DNA of 64,000 nt from contig DATFLL010000061.1 in NCBI GenBank assembly GCA_035267785.1, forward strand, positions 477-64,476, read 5' to 3'. Under the pieces are notes generated by a model, which searched no databases, was not told the origin of the DNA, and saw only the letters and a program-made list of their open reading frames with translations. Every line of letters begins with the position of its first letter. Position 1 is the stretch's first letter. Shown here one piece after another: positions 1-9,522 of this stretch. The position numbers were made by a program, and so were the translations under genes. The stretch comes from Gammaproteobacteria bacterium. GTDB lineage: Bacteria > Pseudomonadota > Gammaproteobacteria > DATFLL01.

Positions 1-81
1 CGCGCATCCGCCGTCCAACCGGGTGCGCGGCACCTGGCCGAGCGCTTGGTCCGCACGTGGCCCACACCTGGCCGCACCTGA

Positions 82-155
82 TCGGGGTAGAGGGATTCGA
101 ACCCCCGACATCCTGCTCCCAAAGCAGGCGCGCTACCAGACTGCGCTATACCCCG
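82..155 (-). tRNA. tRNA-Pro (anticodon UGG); 74 nt, 3' CCA not encoded
   Basis: The reverse complement folds as a cloverleaf. Acceptor stem is CGGGGTA/TACCCCG. D arm is GCGC-AGTCTGGTA-GCGC. Anticodon stem-loop is CCTGC-TTTGGGA-GCAGG with TGG at positions 34-36. T arm is GGGGG-TTCGAAT-CCCTC. Discriminator is A. Confidence 0.9.
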
Positions 156-404
156 CGTTCGCCCTGCGTCCGTTCGACCCGCCGTTCGAATCTCCGCCAG
201 TTCCTCTCGTCGCGCATCGGACCGGCGGTGCGCAAGACGGGCGATGATACGCGCCCGCCCAATCGGCGTCAATCGCACCGCCTCGCGCTCGATGCGCCCC
301 GATAGACGCCGCATTGCCCTTGGCGCGAACGGCGTGCGCGTGAGAAGATAGCGCGCACCGGCGAACACAACCCGAACCATCCCGACTCCGAACAAAGCCA
401 ACAA

Positions 405-1283
405 ATGAGCGCACAGATTATCGACGGCAAGGCCGTCGCCGCCAGCATTCGCCAGCAGGTCAAACAGCGCGTCGATCAGCGTCTTGCCGAGGACCTGCGC
501 GCCCCGGGACTGGCCGTGGTGCTGGTCGGCGAGGACCCCGCCTCCCACGTCTACGTCAAGAGCAAACGCCGCGCCTGCGACGAGGTGGGGATCAAGTCCT
601 TTTCCTACGATTTGCCCGCCGACATCCCCCAGACCGAGCTCCTCACCCTCATCGACGAGCTCAACGCCAATCCGGGCGTGGACGGCATCCTGGTCCAACT
701 GCCCCTGCCCGCCCATATCGACACCGAGACCGTCATCGAGCGTATCCGCCCGGACAAGGACGTGGACGGCTTCCATCCCTACAACATGGGCCGCCTGGCG
801 CTTCGCATCCCGGTGCTGCGCCCCTGCACCCCGCGCGGCATCATGACGCTCATCGAGCGCATCGGCGAGAGCGCCAAGGGCAAGGATGCGCTGGTCGTCG
901 GCGCCTCCAACGTCGTCGGCCGCCCCATGGCCCTGGAGCTGCTGCTCGCCGGGGCGACGGTCAGCATCGCCCATCGCTTCACCGGCGATCTGGCGGCCCA
1001 CGTGAGCGAGGCCGATATCGTGGTGGTTGCCGTGGGCAAGCGGGGGCTCATCAAGGGCGAGTGGATCAAGCCCGGGGCCATCGTCATTGACGTGGGCATG
1101 AATCGCACCGACGAGGGCAAGCTGTGCGGCGACGTGGAATTCGAGCAGGCCAGCGAACGGGCCGGCTGGATCACCCCCGTGCCCGGCGGCGTCGGCCCCA
1201 TGACCGTCGCCACCCTCATGGTCAACACCCTCGAGGCGGCCGACAAGCTCCACGTCGGCTACGAGCACCGTCAGGCGCTTTAG
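405..1283 (+). CDS. folD: bifunctional methylenetetrahydrofolate dehydrogenase/cyclohydrolase
   Basis: 292 aa. The N-terminus [19 protein letters not shown] and the [16 protein letters not shown] and [10 protein letters not shown] motifs are typical of FolD. Confidence 0.93.
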   Translation: MSAQIIDGKAVAASIRQQVKQRVDQRLAEDLRAPGLAVVLVGEDPASHVYVKSKRRACDEVGIKSFSYDLPADIPQTELLTLIDELNANPGVDGILVQLPLPAHIDTETVIERIRPDKDVDGFHPYNMGRLALRIPVLRPCTPRGIMTLIERIGESAKGKDALVVGASNVVGRPMALELLLAGATVSIAHRFTGDLAAHVSEADIVVVAVGKRGLIKGEWIKPGAIVIDVGMNRTDEGKLCGDVEFEQASERAGWITPVPGGVGPMTVATLMVNTLEAADKLHVGYEHRQAL

Positions 1284-1312
1284 ACTTTCCCAAAGCGCGG
1301 CGCTAACCACAG

Positions 1313-1520
1313 AGGACACAGAGACACAGAGAAAAACGGAGAAGGGACTTGATCAGACCCTCCGTGTCCTTTGTGGTTGTGCATAGGCTGACGTCAGGCC
1401 AACACGCGCGCAGTCTATCGGTGAGCGCGATATCGGCACACGCTCGAAGAAGGAATGACTCTGCGCCCTCCGTGCCTCTGTGTCCTCTGTGGTTATCACT
1501 CGGCTGACGTCAGGGCCGGC
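1313..1520. repeat. intergenic composite repeat (CACAGAG-arm family): a hairpin copy plus a second half-copy, each followed by a GGCTGACGTCAGG(G)CC palindrome
   Basis: AACCACAGAGGACACAGAGACACAGAG ... CCCTCCGTGTCCTTTGTGGTT forms an inverted repeat of about 20 bp with a 30-nt loop. A direct repeat, GCCCTCCGTGCCTCTGTGTCCTCTGTGGTT, follows at about 1461-1494. TGACGTCA palindromes lie at about 1391-1404 and 1502-1516. Related copies are at 7357, 28290 and 29143. Confidence 0.7.
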
Positions 1521-1545
1521 GCGCCCGCAGCCTACTGCGAAGGGA

Positions 1546-2208
1546 TCAGTGCGGTTTGAGGTAGCCCTCGGCGGTGGTCTGCAGGTCGCCGAAGCATGCC
1601 TTATATACCGGGCTTTCCATTACGCTGCCCGGCTCGCCCTCCTGATCGTATATTTCGTCCTCGTCGAGCATGACGTCGATGTCTCTTTCCTGCCAGTTGC
1701 CCTGGCAGCGCTCGAAGATGCGGGCGCCGGAGGCATCAAAGGTGCGAAAGGCGTGCAGGTCGCCGTGGTAGCGGTGCAGTGAAATCAGGGTCTGGCTCGG
1801 TGCGTTGCGGTAATACGGCAGGAAAGCGGCGGTGTAGTCGCGAATCACCCGCCCCTGCGCGTCGCGAATGTACAACTCGATGACGTGGACGGTGTCCGGG
1901 TGCTCACGCTCCCAGCGAATGCGGCTGAGCAGCCGACCCGTATCGGCATCGAAGTAACTGACCTCACGGTAGAAGTCGGGGATATCCGCGTAGCCGCCGA
2001 TCCGCTCCTCGGTACGTACCTCGCGGCGGGCCATCCGTCGTTGGTGCAACGCCAGGAGGTCGTCGGCAAAGCGGTTCCAGGTACGTACATGCACGTTGTC
2101 CTCGTGCATGCGCTCGACTTCCAGGGCCTGGCCGGGCACTGTCCAGAACACCATCCACAACGCCGCCAGCGAGCAGGCAACGGCCGGTATCAAGGTGCGC
2201 TTGGCCAT
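1546..2208 (-). CDS. hypothetical secreted/periplasmic protein (signal peptide, no recognisable family)
   Basis: 220 aa ORF. The N-terminus MAKRTLIPAVACSLAALWMVFW is signal-like. Codon usage is consistent with the genome. Confidence 0.55.
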   Translation of the reverse strand: MAKRTLIPAVACSLAALWMVFWTVPGQALEVERMHEDNVHVRTWNRFADDLLALHQRRMARREVRTEERIGGYADIPDFYREVSYFDADTGRLLSRIRWEREHPDTVHVIELYIRDAQGRVIRDYTAAFLPYYRNAPSQTLISLHRYHGDLHAFRTFDASGARIFERCQGNWQERDIDVMLDEDEIYDQEGEPGSVMESPVYKACFGDLQTTAEGYLKPH

Positions 2209-2270
2209 GTTCGGTACCCCCCTTTTCTCAGGTCCCGACCTCCGAGTATAGCGCGCGGCCGAACGGGTGC

Positions 2271-3683
2271 TTACTCCCGGCGCCAGCTCGTGCCCTGCGG
2301 GCTATCTTCCAGGACCACCCCCTGCGCCTTGAGGCCATCGCGTATGGCATCGGCCGCGGCGTAATCCCTGGCTGCCTTGGCAGCCGCACGCTCGGCGATG
2401 AGGCGTTCGATCTCCGCCTCGTCGGGGCCGCTCCCCGGCGCGCCCCCTCCCTGCAAGAAGGCCTCGGGCGCGCGCTCGAGCAACCCGAGCAGCCCGGCCA
2501 GCGTGCGCAGGCGCCCGGCCAGGTACCGGGCGGCGGCCGTGTCGGTCCCGCGCCGGCGGTTGACTTCGCTGGCCAGCTCGAACAGCACCGACAGCGCCCC
2601 GGCCGTATTGAAATCATCCTGCATGGCCGCGTGAAAGCGCGCCGTGTAGTCCTCGCCCTCCCCGCCGGTCTCCAGTCCCGCGCCGACGGCGGCCGGCTCG
2701 ATTCCACGCAGTGCCGTATACAGCGTGGTCAGCGCGGCCTTGGCGTTGTCCAGGTGTTGATCGGAGTAGTTGAGCGGGCTGCGGTAATGGCTGGTCAGGA
2801 TGAAATAGCGCACGACCTCCGGATCGTATTGCTTGAGCACGTCGCGGATGGTGAAGAAGTTGCCCAGTGACTTGGACATCTTCTCGTCGTCGACGCGTAC
2901 AAAGCCGTTGTGCATCCAGACGTTGACGAAGGTGTGGCCCGTCGCGGCCTCGCTCTGGGCGATCTCGTTCTCGTGGTGCGGGAACTGCAGGTCCATCCCG
3001 CCGCCGTGGATGTCGAAGTGATCGCCCAGGCAGTGCGTGGACATGGCCGAGCACTCGATGTGCCAGCCCGGCCGACCCGGCCCCCAGGGCGAGTCCCAGC
3101 TGGGCTCGTCCGGCTTGGCCGCCTTCCACAGCACGAAGTCCAGCGGGTCCTGCTTCGCCGCCTCGACCTCCACGCGCTCGCCGGCGCGCAGGTCCTCCAG
3201 GTGCTTGCCGGACAGGCGCCCATACGCCTCGAAACGGCTGACGTCGTAATAGACGTCGCCGTTGTCGGCGCGGTAGGCGTAGCCCTTGTCCACCAGGGCG
3301 GCGATCATCTCGATGATGTCATCCATGTGCATGGTCGCACGCGGCTCGGCATTCGGCGTGAGGACCCCGAGCGCCGCGGCGTCCTCGTGCATCGCCTCGA
3401 TGAAGCGGCCGGTCAGGGCGTCGATGGGCTCGCCGTTGTCGTTGGCCCGCGCGATGATCTTGTCGTCGATGTCGGTGATATTGCGCACGTAGGTCACGTG
3501 CGGCGCGCCGAACACCGCCTTGAGGTAGCGATAGACGACGTCGAACACGACCAAGACGCGCGCATGCCCGATGTGGCAGTAGTCGTAGACCGTCATGCCG
3601 CACACGTACATGCGTACGTTGGCGGGATCGATTGGCTCGAAGCGTTCCTTGCGGCGGGTCAGGCTGTTGTAGATGCTGAGCAT
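2271..3683 (-). CDS. cysS: cysteine--tRNA ligase
   Basis: [18 protein letters not shown]...[18 protein letters not shown] (HIGH motif) and KMSKSLGNF. The start is set at the Met that aligns with canonical CysS N-termini; the ORF track extends to 3698. Confidence 0.93.
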   Translation of the reverse strand: MLSIYNSLTRRKERFEPIDPANVRMYVCGMTVYDYCHIGHARVLVVFDVVYRYLKAVFGAPHVTYVRNITDIDDKIIARANDNGEPIDALTGRFIEAMHEDAAALGVLTPNAEPRATMHMDDIIEMIAALVDKGYAYRADNGDVYYDVSRFEAYGRLSGKHLEDLRAGERVEVEAAKQDPLDFVLWKAAKPDEPSWDSPWGPGRPGWHIECSAMSTHCLGDHFDIHGGGMDLQFPHHENEIAQSEAATGHTFVNVWMHNGFVRVDDEKMSKSLGNFFTIRDVLKQYDPEVVRYFILTSHYRSPLNYSDQHLDNAKAALTTLYTALRGIEPAAVGAGLETGGEGEDYTARFHAAMQDDFNTAGALSVLFELASEVNRRRGTDTAAARYLAGRLRTLAGLLGLLERAPEAFLQGGGAPGSGPDEAEIERLIAERAAAKAARDYAAADAIRDGLKAQGVVLEDSPQGTSWRRE

Positions 3684-3811
3684 GCGGTCGCGATTCAACT
3701 CCAGGCAAACTCGACGGGGCTCGTCGGCCCCGGCGGCGTGACAGCGTACGATTGTGGCGCTCGATTATACAGTGCGCGCGCAGACACCGGACAACGTCTC
3801 CGCGCCCGCGC

Positions 3812-5221
3812 TCACGACAGGCATGCGCGCAGCCGCTGGCGCACCCGCTCGGTGCCGAGCAGCGGCAGCAGGCGCGCCAGCTCGGGGCCGCCGGAAACGC
3901 CGGTCAATGCGGCACGCAGCGGCTGGAACAGACGCTTACCCTTGGCGCCCGTGCGCCCCTTGAGCTCCGCGGTAAAGGCCGCGTAGTCCACACCGTGCGC
4001 ATCCAGTGCCGCCAGGGCTTCGGTAAAGAATGCGCTGCCCGCCTCGGCCACCGCCTCGCGCGCATCGTCATCCAGGTTCAGGGGATCGCAGTAGATGACG
4101 CGCGCCCAGTGCTCGGCCTGCTCCGGGAAACTGATATTCGGCAGGACGGCCTCGAGAAAGTCCGGGCGCTGTGCCTCGGGCACGAGATCGGTGACCGGCG
4201 TGCCCAGCCAGTCCCACAGCGCCTCGGCCGAGGCCGCGGCCACCGCCCGGTGCTGCCAGTGCAGCAGCTGGTGCGCATCGTAGCGCGCCGGCGAGCGGCT
4301 GAGGCGGGCCGGATCGAAACCGGCCGACAACTCCTCGAGTGACAGCAACTCGTCGCTGTCATAGCCGTGGCCCAGTCGTGCCAGGTAATTGACGATCGCC
4401 CCGGGCAGGTACCCGCCCAGGCGCAGCTCACGGATGCTTCGGCTGCCGTGGCGTTTTGACAGGGGCGCGCCGTCGGCCCCGACGATGAGCGCGATGTGCG
4501 CATAGGCCGGCGCCGACAGGCCCAGGGCCTCGAGAATGAGCAGTTGGCGCGGCGTGTTGGTCAAATGATCCTCGCCGCGCCAGACCTCGCTGACCCCCAT
4601 CAGGGCATCGTCCACCGCGTTGCTGAAAAAGAAGGCGGGGGTCCCATCCTGGCGGCGGATGATGAAATCGCCGATGTCGTCGCTGGCAAAGGACTGGGCG
4701 CCACGCACCAGGTCCACGAACTCGATGCGCCGGCCCCGCTCCACACGGAAGCGCAGCGTCGGGCGAAGACCCTCAGCCAATCTGGCCTGAACTTCCTCGG
4801 CGGTGAGGTTGCGGCACTTACCCGAATAGCGCGGCGCGCGGCCCGCGGCCCGCTGGCGGGCGCGCGAGCGCTCGAGCTCTTCATCGGAGCAGAAGCACGG
4901 ATAGGTGTGCCCGCCAGCGGCCAGACGCTCGAACAGCGCCTCGTAGACTTCCCCGCGCTCGGACTGGCAATACGGGCCGTGGCCACCGGAGACCACCGGA
5001 CCCTCGTGCCACGCCAGACCGAGCCACCACAGATCCTCTTCCAGTGCATGCTGGAATTCCGGGCGGCTGCGCTGGGGATCGGTGTCCTCGATCCGCAGCA
5101 GAAAGTCCCCTCCCCGGGCCCGCGCGCGCAGGGCGTTGAACAGTGCGGTGCGCGCATTGCCCAGGTGCATGAACCCGGTGGGGCTGGGAGCGAAACGGGT
5201 TTTGAGCTTGGAATCGGCCAT
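3812..5221 (-). CDS. gltX: glutamate--tRNA ligase
   Basis: KLKTRFAPSPTGFMHLGNARTALFN (HIGH-type motif), LSKRHG (KMSKS-type motif), a zinc-binding CxC...C segment, and full length of about 470 aa. The start is set at MADSKLKTRF. Confidence 0.88.
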   Translation of the reverse strand: MADSKLKTRFAPSPTGFMHLGNARTALFNALRARARGGDFLLRIEDTDPQRSRPEFQHALEEDLWWLGLAWHEGPVVSGGHGPYCQSERGEVYEALFERLAAGGHTYPCFCSDEELERSRARQRAAGRAPRYSGKCRNLTAEEVQARLAEGLRPTLRFRVERGRRIEFVDLVRGAQSFASDDIGDFIIRRQDGTPAFFFSNAVDDALMGVSEVWRGEDHLTNTPRQLLILEALGLSAPAYAHIALIVGADGAPLSKRHGSRSIRELRLGGYLPGAIVNYLARLGHGYDSDELLSLEELSAGFDPARLSRSPARYDAHQLLHWQHRAVAAASAEALWDWLGTPVTDLVPEAQRPDFLEAVLPNISFPEQAEHWARVIYCDPLNLDDDAREAVAEAGSAFFTEALAALDAHGVDYAAFTAELKGRTGAKGKRLFQPLRAALTGVSGGPELARLLPLLGTERVRQRLRACLS

Positions 5222-5424
5222 GTTGCCCGGCATCTTAGCCGAAGCCGCGGCGTGCCACAAAGTTCCTGTCCGCCGCCGGCGGTGGAACGCCTCGCCGGGA
5301 GCAGTGTCGAAACGCCAACTTCATCAAACCTGCAGACCCGCGCTTTGATGAGCCCGCTTTGAGAATCCCCGCTTTGATAACGGGGCCGAAACCCTTTATT
5401 ATCCGCCCTCCAAGAGGTGTCCAA

Positions 5425-6039
5425 ATGAACAAATTTATCAAAACGATCAGTCTGTGCCTGTTACTACTCCTGCCCATCGGCTCGTTTGCCGCCGACGCCC
5501 CGCGCGTGCGCATCGAAACGAGCCTCGGCAACATCGTCGTCGAGCTCTATCCCGACAAGGCGCCCAAGACAGTCGCGAATTTCCTGCAATATGTGCGCGA
5601 CGGATTCTACGATGGGACGATCTTCCACCGCGTGATCTCCAACTTCATGATCCAGGGCGGTGGGTTCACCAAGGACTACAAGCGCAAGCAAACCCGTCCG
5701 CCCATCATGAACGAGGCGGACAACGGCCTGAAGAACCTGCGCGGGACCGTCGCCATGGCCCGCACGTTCGAGCCGCACTCGGCCACCGCGCAGTTTTTCA
5801 TCAACGTGGTCGACAATCCCTTCCTCGATCATAAGGACGACACGCCGCGCGGCTGGGGCTATGCCGTATTCGGCAAGGTGGTGGAGGGAATGGACGTAGT
5901 GGACAAGATCCGCAACGTGCCTACCGGCCATGCCGGCCCGTTTCCGCAGGATGCCCCCCTGACCCCGGTCGTCATCAAAAAGGTGAGCATCATCGAACCG
6001 GCCGGGGCGAAGTCGTCGCAGGCGGCCGACACCAAGTAG
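5425..6039 (+). CDS. ppiA: peptidyl-prolyl cis-trans isomerase A (periplasmic cyclophilin, signal peptide)
   Basis: [26 protein letters not shown] signal peptide and the cyclophilin motif [16 protein letters not shown]. An AAGAGGTG ribosome-binding site lies 6 nt upstream of the ATG. Confidence 0.9.
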   Translation: MNKFIKTISLCLLLLLPIGSFAADAPRVRIETSLGNIVVELYPDKAPKTVANFLQYVRDGFYDGTIFHRVISNFMIQGGGFTKDYKRKQTRPPIMNEADNGLKNLRGTVAMARTFEPHSATAQFFINVVDNPFLDHKDDTPRGWGYAVFGKVVEGMDVVDKIRNVPTGHAGPFPQDAPLTPVVIKKVSIIEPAGAKSSQAADTK

Positions 6040-6095
6040 GTTCAGCGGCCCATAGCCCGCCACTGCCGATTCATCAGTCTGGGAATAACGCGATC

Positions 6096-6590
6096 ATGAT
6101 TACTCTGCACACCAATCACGGCGACATCGTCATCGAGCTCGACCACGAACGCGCGCCGAACACGGCCGCCAATTTCCTGCAGTACGCCAAGGACGGGTTC
6201 TACGACGGCACGCTCTTTCACCGGGTCATCGACGGCTTCATGATCCAGGGCGGCGGCATGGAACCCGGGATGAAGGAGAAGCAGACACGCGCGCCCATCA
6301 AAAACGAGGCCGACAACGGCTTGAGCAACGACCGGGGGACGCTGGCCATGGCCCGCACGCCGGACCCCGACTCGGCCACTGCGCAGTTCTTCATCAACGT
6401 CTCCGACAACCACTTCCTGAACTTCAGCGCGCCCACGCCCCAGGGCTGGGGATACTGCGTGTTCGGTAAAGTGGTCGAGGGCATGGACGTGGTCGACGCC
6501 ATCAAGGGCGTTGCCACGACCTCGCGCGGTTTTCACCAGGACGTGCCCGCCGAGGACGTTCTCATCGAGTCGGTCGAAGTCTCCGAATAG
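6096..6590 (+). CDS. ppiB: peptidyl-prolyl cis-trans isomerase B (cytoplasmic cyclophilin)
   Basis: [30 protein letters not shown]...[14 protein letters not shown]. Confidence 0.92.
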   Translation: MITLHTNHGDIVIELDHERAPNTAANFLQYAKDGFYDGTLFHRVIDGFMIQGGGMEPGMKEKQTRAPIKNEADNGLSNDRGTLAMARTPDPDSATAQFFINVSDNHFLNFSAPTPQGWGYCVFGKVVEGMDVVDAIKGVATTSRGFHQDVPAEDVLIESVEVSE

Positions 6591-6623
6591 GCCCGGGCCG
6601 AGACGCCGGGGGGAGCGAGGCCC

Positions 6624-7340
6624 GTGGCGACCCTGTTCATATCCGATCTGCACCTGAGCGGCGAACGCCCCGCGATCGCCCGGCTATTTCTGGACTTCCT
6701 GCACGGCCAGGCCCGCGCGGCCGAGGCACTCTACATCCTCGGCGACCTGTTCGAGGCCTGGATCGGCGACGATGCGATCGGCCCCGAGCACGGACCCGTA
6801 CTCGACGCGCTGCGCGCGCTGGTTGACTCGGGTGTGCCCGTCTACGTCATGCACGGCAATCGCGACTTTCTGCTGGGTTCGCGGTTCGAGCAGATGAGCG
6901 GCTCGCGGCTGCTGAACGACCCGAGCGTGATCGACCTGTACGGCACCCCGACGCTGCTGATGCACGGCGATACCCTGTGCACGGACGACAAGGCCTATCA
7001 GGAATTTCGCCGCATGGTGCGCGACCCGCAGTGGCAGGCCGCGCTCATGGCCAAGACGCCCGCCGAACGCATTGCGCTCGCCCGCGAGTACCGGGAGATG
7101 AGCGCCAGCGAGACGGCGCAAAAGGCCGAGGCGATCATGGACGTCAATCAAGCCGCGGTGGAGAATGCCTTGCGCGAGCACGGAGTCAGCCGGCTCATCC
7201 ACGGCCATACCCACCGCCCGGCGATCCACGAATTCGACCTCGACGGCCGGCCGGTGCGGCGCATCGTTCTCGGTGACTGGTATGAACAGGGCAGCGTTCT
7301 GACCTGCACGGCCGAGGGATGCGAACTGGCCTCTTTATGA
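6624..7340 (+). CDS. lpxH: UDP-2,3-diacylglucosamine diphosphatase
   Basis: MATLFISDLHLSGERP...ILGDLFEAWIGDD...HGNRDFLLG, the calcineurin-like LpxH signature. The ppiB-lpxH adjacency is conserved. Confidence 0.9.
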   Translation: MATLFISDLHLSGERPAIARLFLDFLHGQARAAEALYILGDLFEAWIGDDAIGPEHGPVLDALRALVDSGVPVYVMHGNRDFLLGSRFEQMSGSRLLNDPSVIDLYGTPTLLMHGDTLCTDDKAYQEFRRMVRDPQWQAALMAKTPAERIALAREYREMSASETAQKAEAIMDVNQAAVENALREHGVSRLIHGHTHRPAIHEFDLDGRPVRRIVLGDWYEQGSVLTCTAEGCELASL

Positions 7341-7356
7341 ATCGGCGGGTGCAGTT

Positions 7357-7752
7357 CTTCTCCGGCGCTCTGGAAGGAAACGCAGAGGACGCAGAGACGG
7401 CATGAGTTGGCAGATTGCAGTTGGCAGGCGGCAGCAAGAGCTTTAAGTGATCTTCTCTTTCTGACTACTGCAGACTGTCAGCTGGCCACCCCGCCCGAAG
7501 GGCGGTTAATTCCGCCCGCCGCTTTGCGGCTTGGGCGGGTTCATCTTCTTTGAGCGCTCAAGGAAAACGAACCAATGGAAAGCCGCCCCGACGACTTGCC
7601 CGCTTCGCGGATACCCCGCGCGTCTCGGCTGCGTCGAAGGGGATGAACAGAGGCCTCATCCAGGCGAATAAGGCCACATCGCCCATCACGAATCCATTCT
7701 CTTCTCTGCGTTCTCCGCGTCTCTGCGTCCTCTGCGTTTCCTTCCAGAGCGC
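7357..7752. repeat. MITE-like element: about 45-bp terminal inverted repeats (GCGCTCTGGAAGGAAACGCAGAGGACGCAGAGAC...) flanking about 300 bp of non-coding DNA
   Basis: Left arm lies at 7357-7400. The right arm at about 7700-7752 is its reverse complement (CTCTGCGTTCTCCGCGTCTCTGCGTCCTCTGCGTTTCCTTCCAGAGCGC). The interior carries a TTGGCAG-family module (GAGTTGGCAGATTGCAGTTGGCAGGCGGCAG) and GC hairpins. No ORF is present. Confidence 0.7.
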
Positions 7753-7792
7753 CAGAGTAGGCTTCCCCCGTCGGGAAACCTCGGCGGGCCGG

Positions 7793-8614
7793 TCAGCCCG
7801 TGGAGCTGACCTGGCCCTTTCGGAACTGCTGAATCGTGAAGGTCTTGTAGCCCTTGGGCAGATCGAACAACCCGGCCTTGGGCTTGAAGTGCAGGTCGAA
7901 GGTCTTCAGCGAGCGCCGGTAGCCGTCCTTGCGCTGCTCCTCGATGGGAAAGCCGCGGTCCAGGTGGCGCGTGGGCGCGAAGGTGTTGCGCGCCAGGTCG
8001 CAGGCATTCTGCAGATCGGCCGGTATCAGGTTCAGCGTATTGGTGCTGTCGTCGGCCAGAATCTGGCGGAACTCCCGCATCGCCTTCAGGGCATCGTCCA
8101 TCAGACCGGGGACGGCAACGACGTCGTAGCACAGCTCACCCTTGGCGCTGAACTGATAGCGCATCGGCTGCTGGCCGCCGACGGTCGGCGCATCCTTCAT
8201 CGCTCCCAGGTCCTTTTCGCTGAGTTGCAGATCGAAGGGAGGCGAGACCTTTACCGGCTTGGTATCGACGACCATGATCTGTCGCTCCTGGCTGTCGACG
8301 CGGTAGATCTTGCGCTTCTTGCGATCGAGCAGAATGAAGTCGGGGGAGCCCGGGCCGTCGTCGATGCGCATGTAATCGGCATTGACCACGAAACGGGTGT
8401 TGTACGGCTTGATGCCGGGACGCTGCTCGACGAAGTCGATCTGCGTCGCCTCGCCGGGAGCCCGCGCCGACGCACTGTCCGCGCCCCCCTCGCCGGGCTG
8501 CTCGCACGCACCGAGCGGCAGAATCAGCGCCGCCAGCACCACCGTCGCCAACGCCCGCTTGCGGGCAGGCCGTCTTCCTCGTCCACGCGTGGTCGTCTCT
8601 TGCATCGTATTCAT
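7793..8614 (-). CDS. hypothetical lipoprotein (signal peptide plus lipobox-like LPLGAC)
   Basis: MNTMQETTTRGRGRRPARKRALATVVLAALILPLGACEQP. Its start codon overlaps the stop of the upstream gene (ATGA), implying translational coupling. Confidence 0.6.
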   Translation of the reverse strand: MNTMQETTTRGRGRRPARKRALATVVLAALILPLGACEQPGEGGADSASARAPGEATQIDFVEQRPGIKPYNTRFVVNADYMRIDDGPGSPDFILLDRKKRKIYRVDSQERQIMVVDTKPVKVSPPFDLQLSEKDLGAMKDAPTVGGQQPMRYQFSAKGELCYDVVAVPGLMDDALKAMREFRQILADDSTNTLNLIPADLQNACDLARNTFAPTRHLDRGFPIEEQRKDGYRRSLKTFDLHFKPKAGLFDLPKGYKTFTIQQFRKGQVSSTG

Positions 8615-9465
8615 ATCATCGCTTCCAGATAGTCCAGTTCCTGTTCGGTGAACCCCGCCGCAATGCGGGCGCTGCGGTGCAGCGGGCCGCGCACCCGCCC
8701 GGGCATGTGCTCGTCGAGCAGACGGCGAAACGTGGGCGCCGGTGCCAAACCGCGCTGCGCACACAGATAATTGAACCAGCGCGAGCCGATGGCCACGTGG
8801 CCCACTTCGTCGCGCTGAATGATGTCCAGGATCGCCACGGCCCGCTCGTCGCCGCCGGCGTGCAGCTTGTCGGCTATCCCCGGCGCCACGTCCAGCCCGC
8901 GGGCCTCGAGCACCCGCGGCACCAGCGCCATGCGCACCAGGGGGTCGTGCGCGGTCTCACGCGCCGCCTCCCACAGACCGTCGTGGGCATCGAAATCCCC
9001 GTAGTCGTGTCCCAGCGTATTGAGATGCTCGCGCAGCAGCGTGAAGTGATAGGCCTCTTCTTCGGCCACTCGAACCCAGTCATCGTAGTACTCACGCGGC
9101 ATCTCGCGAAACCGATAGACCGCGTCCCAGGCCAGATTGATCGCGTTGAACTCGATATGACACAGGGAATGGATCAGTGCCGCCCGCCCCTCCTGGGACT
9201 GTGCCGAGCGCCGCGCCAGCTCCCGGGGCGCCACCAGCCGGGGGCGCTGCGGGCGCCCCGGCGCCGCTATCGGCTGAACCGGGCTCGACGAGGTCGGCGA
9301 CAGCGCTCCCTCCCGCCACGCCGAGGCCGCCGCGGCCGTGGCCGCCGTCTTGGCGGCCGGGTCCTCGTGCCGCAGGCATTGCAGCGCTGCGTCGAATAGG
9401 CCGTCGGTGCGCGGCGAGGAGCCCGACTCGACCGCCGTGGCCGGAGGTGTCTGAGAGCGTGTCAT
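8611..9465 (-). CDS. DUF455-type ferritin-like protein (di-iron carboxylate, ExxH motifs)
   Basis: 284 aa. EEEAYHFTLL and RDEVGHVAIGSRW motifs sit on a four-helix-bundle-like spacing. Confidence 0.65.
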   Translation of the reverse strand: MTRSQTPPATAVESGSSPRTDGLFDAALQCLRHEDPAAKTAATAAAASAWREGALSPTSSSPVQPIAAPGRPQRPRLVAPRELARRSAQSQEGRAALIHSLCHIEFNAINLAWDAVYRFREMPREYYDDWVRVAEEEAYHFTLLREHLNTLGHDYGDFDAHDGLWEAARETAHDPLVRMALVPRVLEARGLDVAPGIADKLHAGGDERAVAILDIIQRDEVGHVAIGSRWFNYLCAQRGLAPAPTFRRLLDEHMPGRVRGPLHRSARIAAGFTEQELDYLEAMI

Positions 9466-9522
9466 GGCAGCATTCTATCAGAGGGCATGCCTGCCACGCG
9501 CCACCGCTCCGGATGGCGGGCC

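Noticed and set aside
1313-1520. Possible CRISPR array
   Set aside because: There are only two copies. The spacing is irregular. The repeats are internally inverted (hairpin) rather than direct with unique spacers. No cas genes are present.
2910-3986. 358-aa plus-strand ORF
   Set aside because: It lies antisense to cysS and gltX. The protein is Arg/Ala/Val-rich with low complexity, as expected from the opposite strand in 65% GC DNA.
7410-7445. Sigma-54 promoter in TTGGCAGATTGCAG
   Set aside because: The GG-to-GC spacing is only 7 nt rather than the required 10 (TGGCAC-N5-TTGCA).
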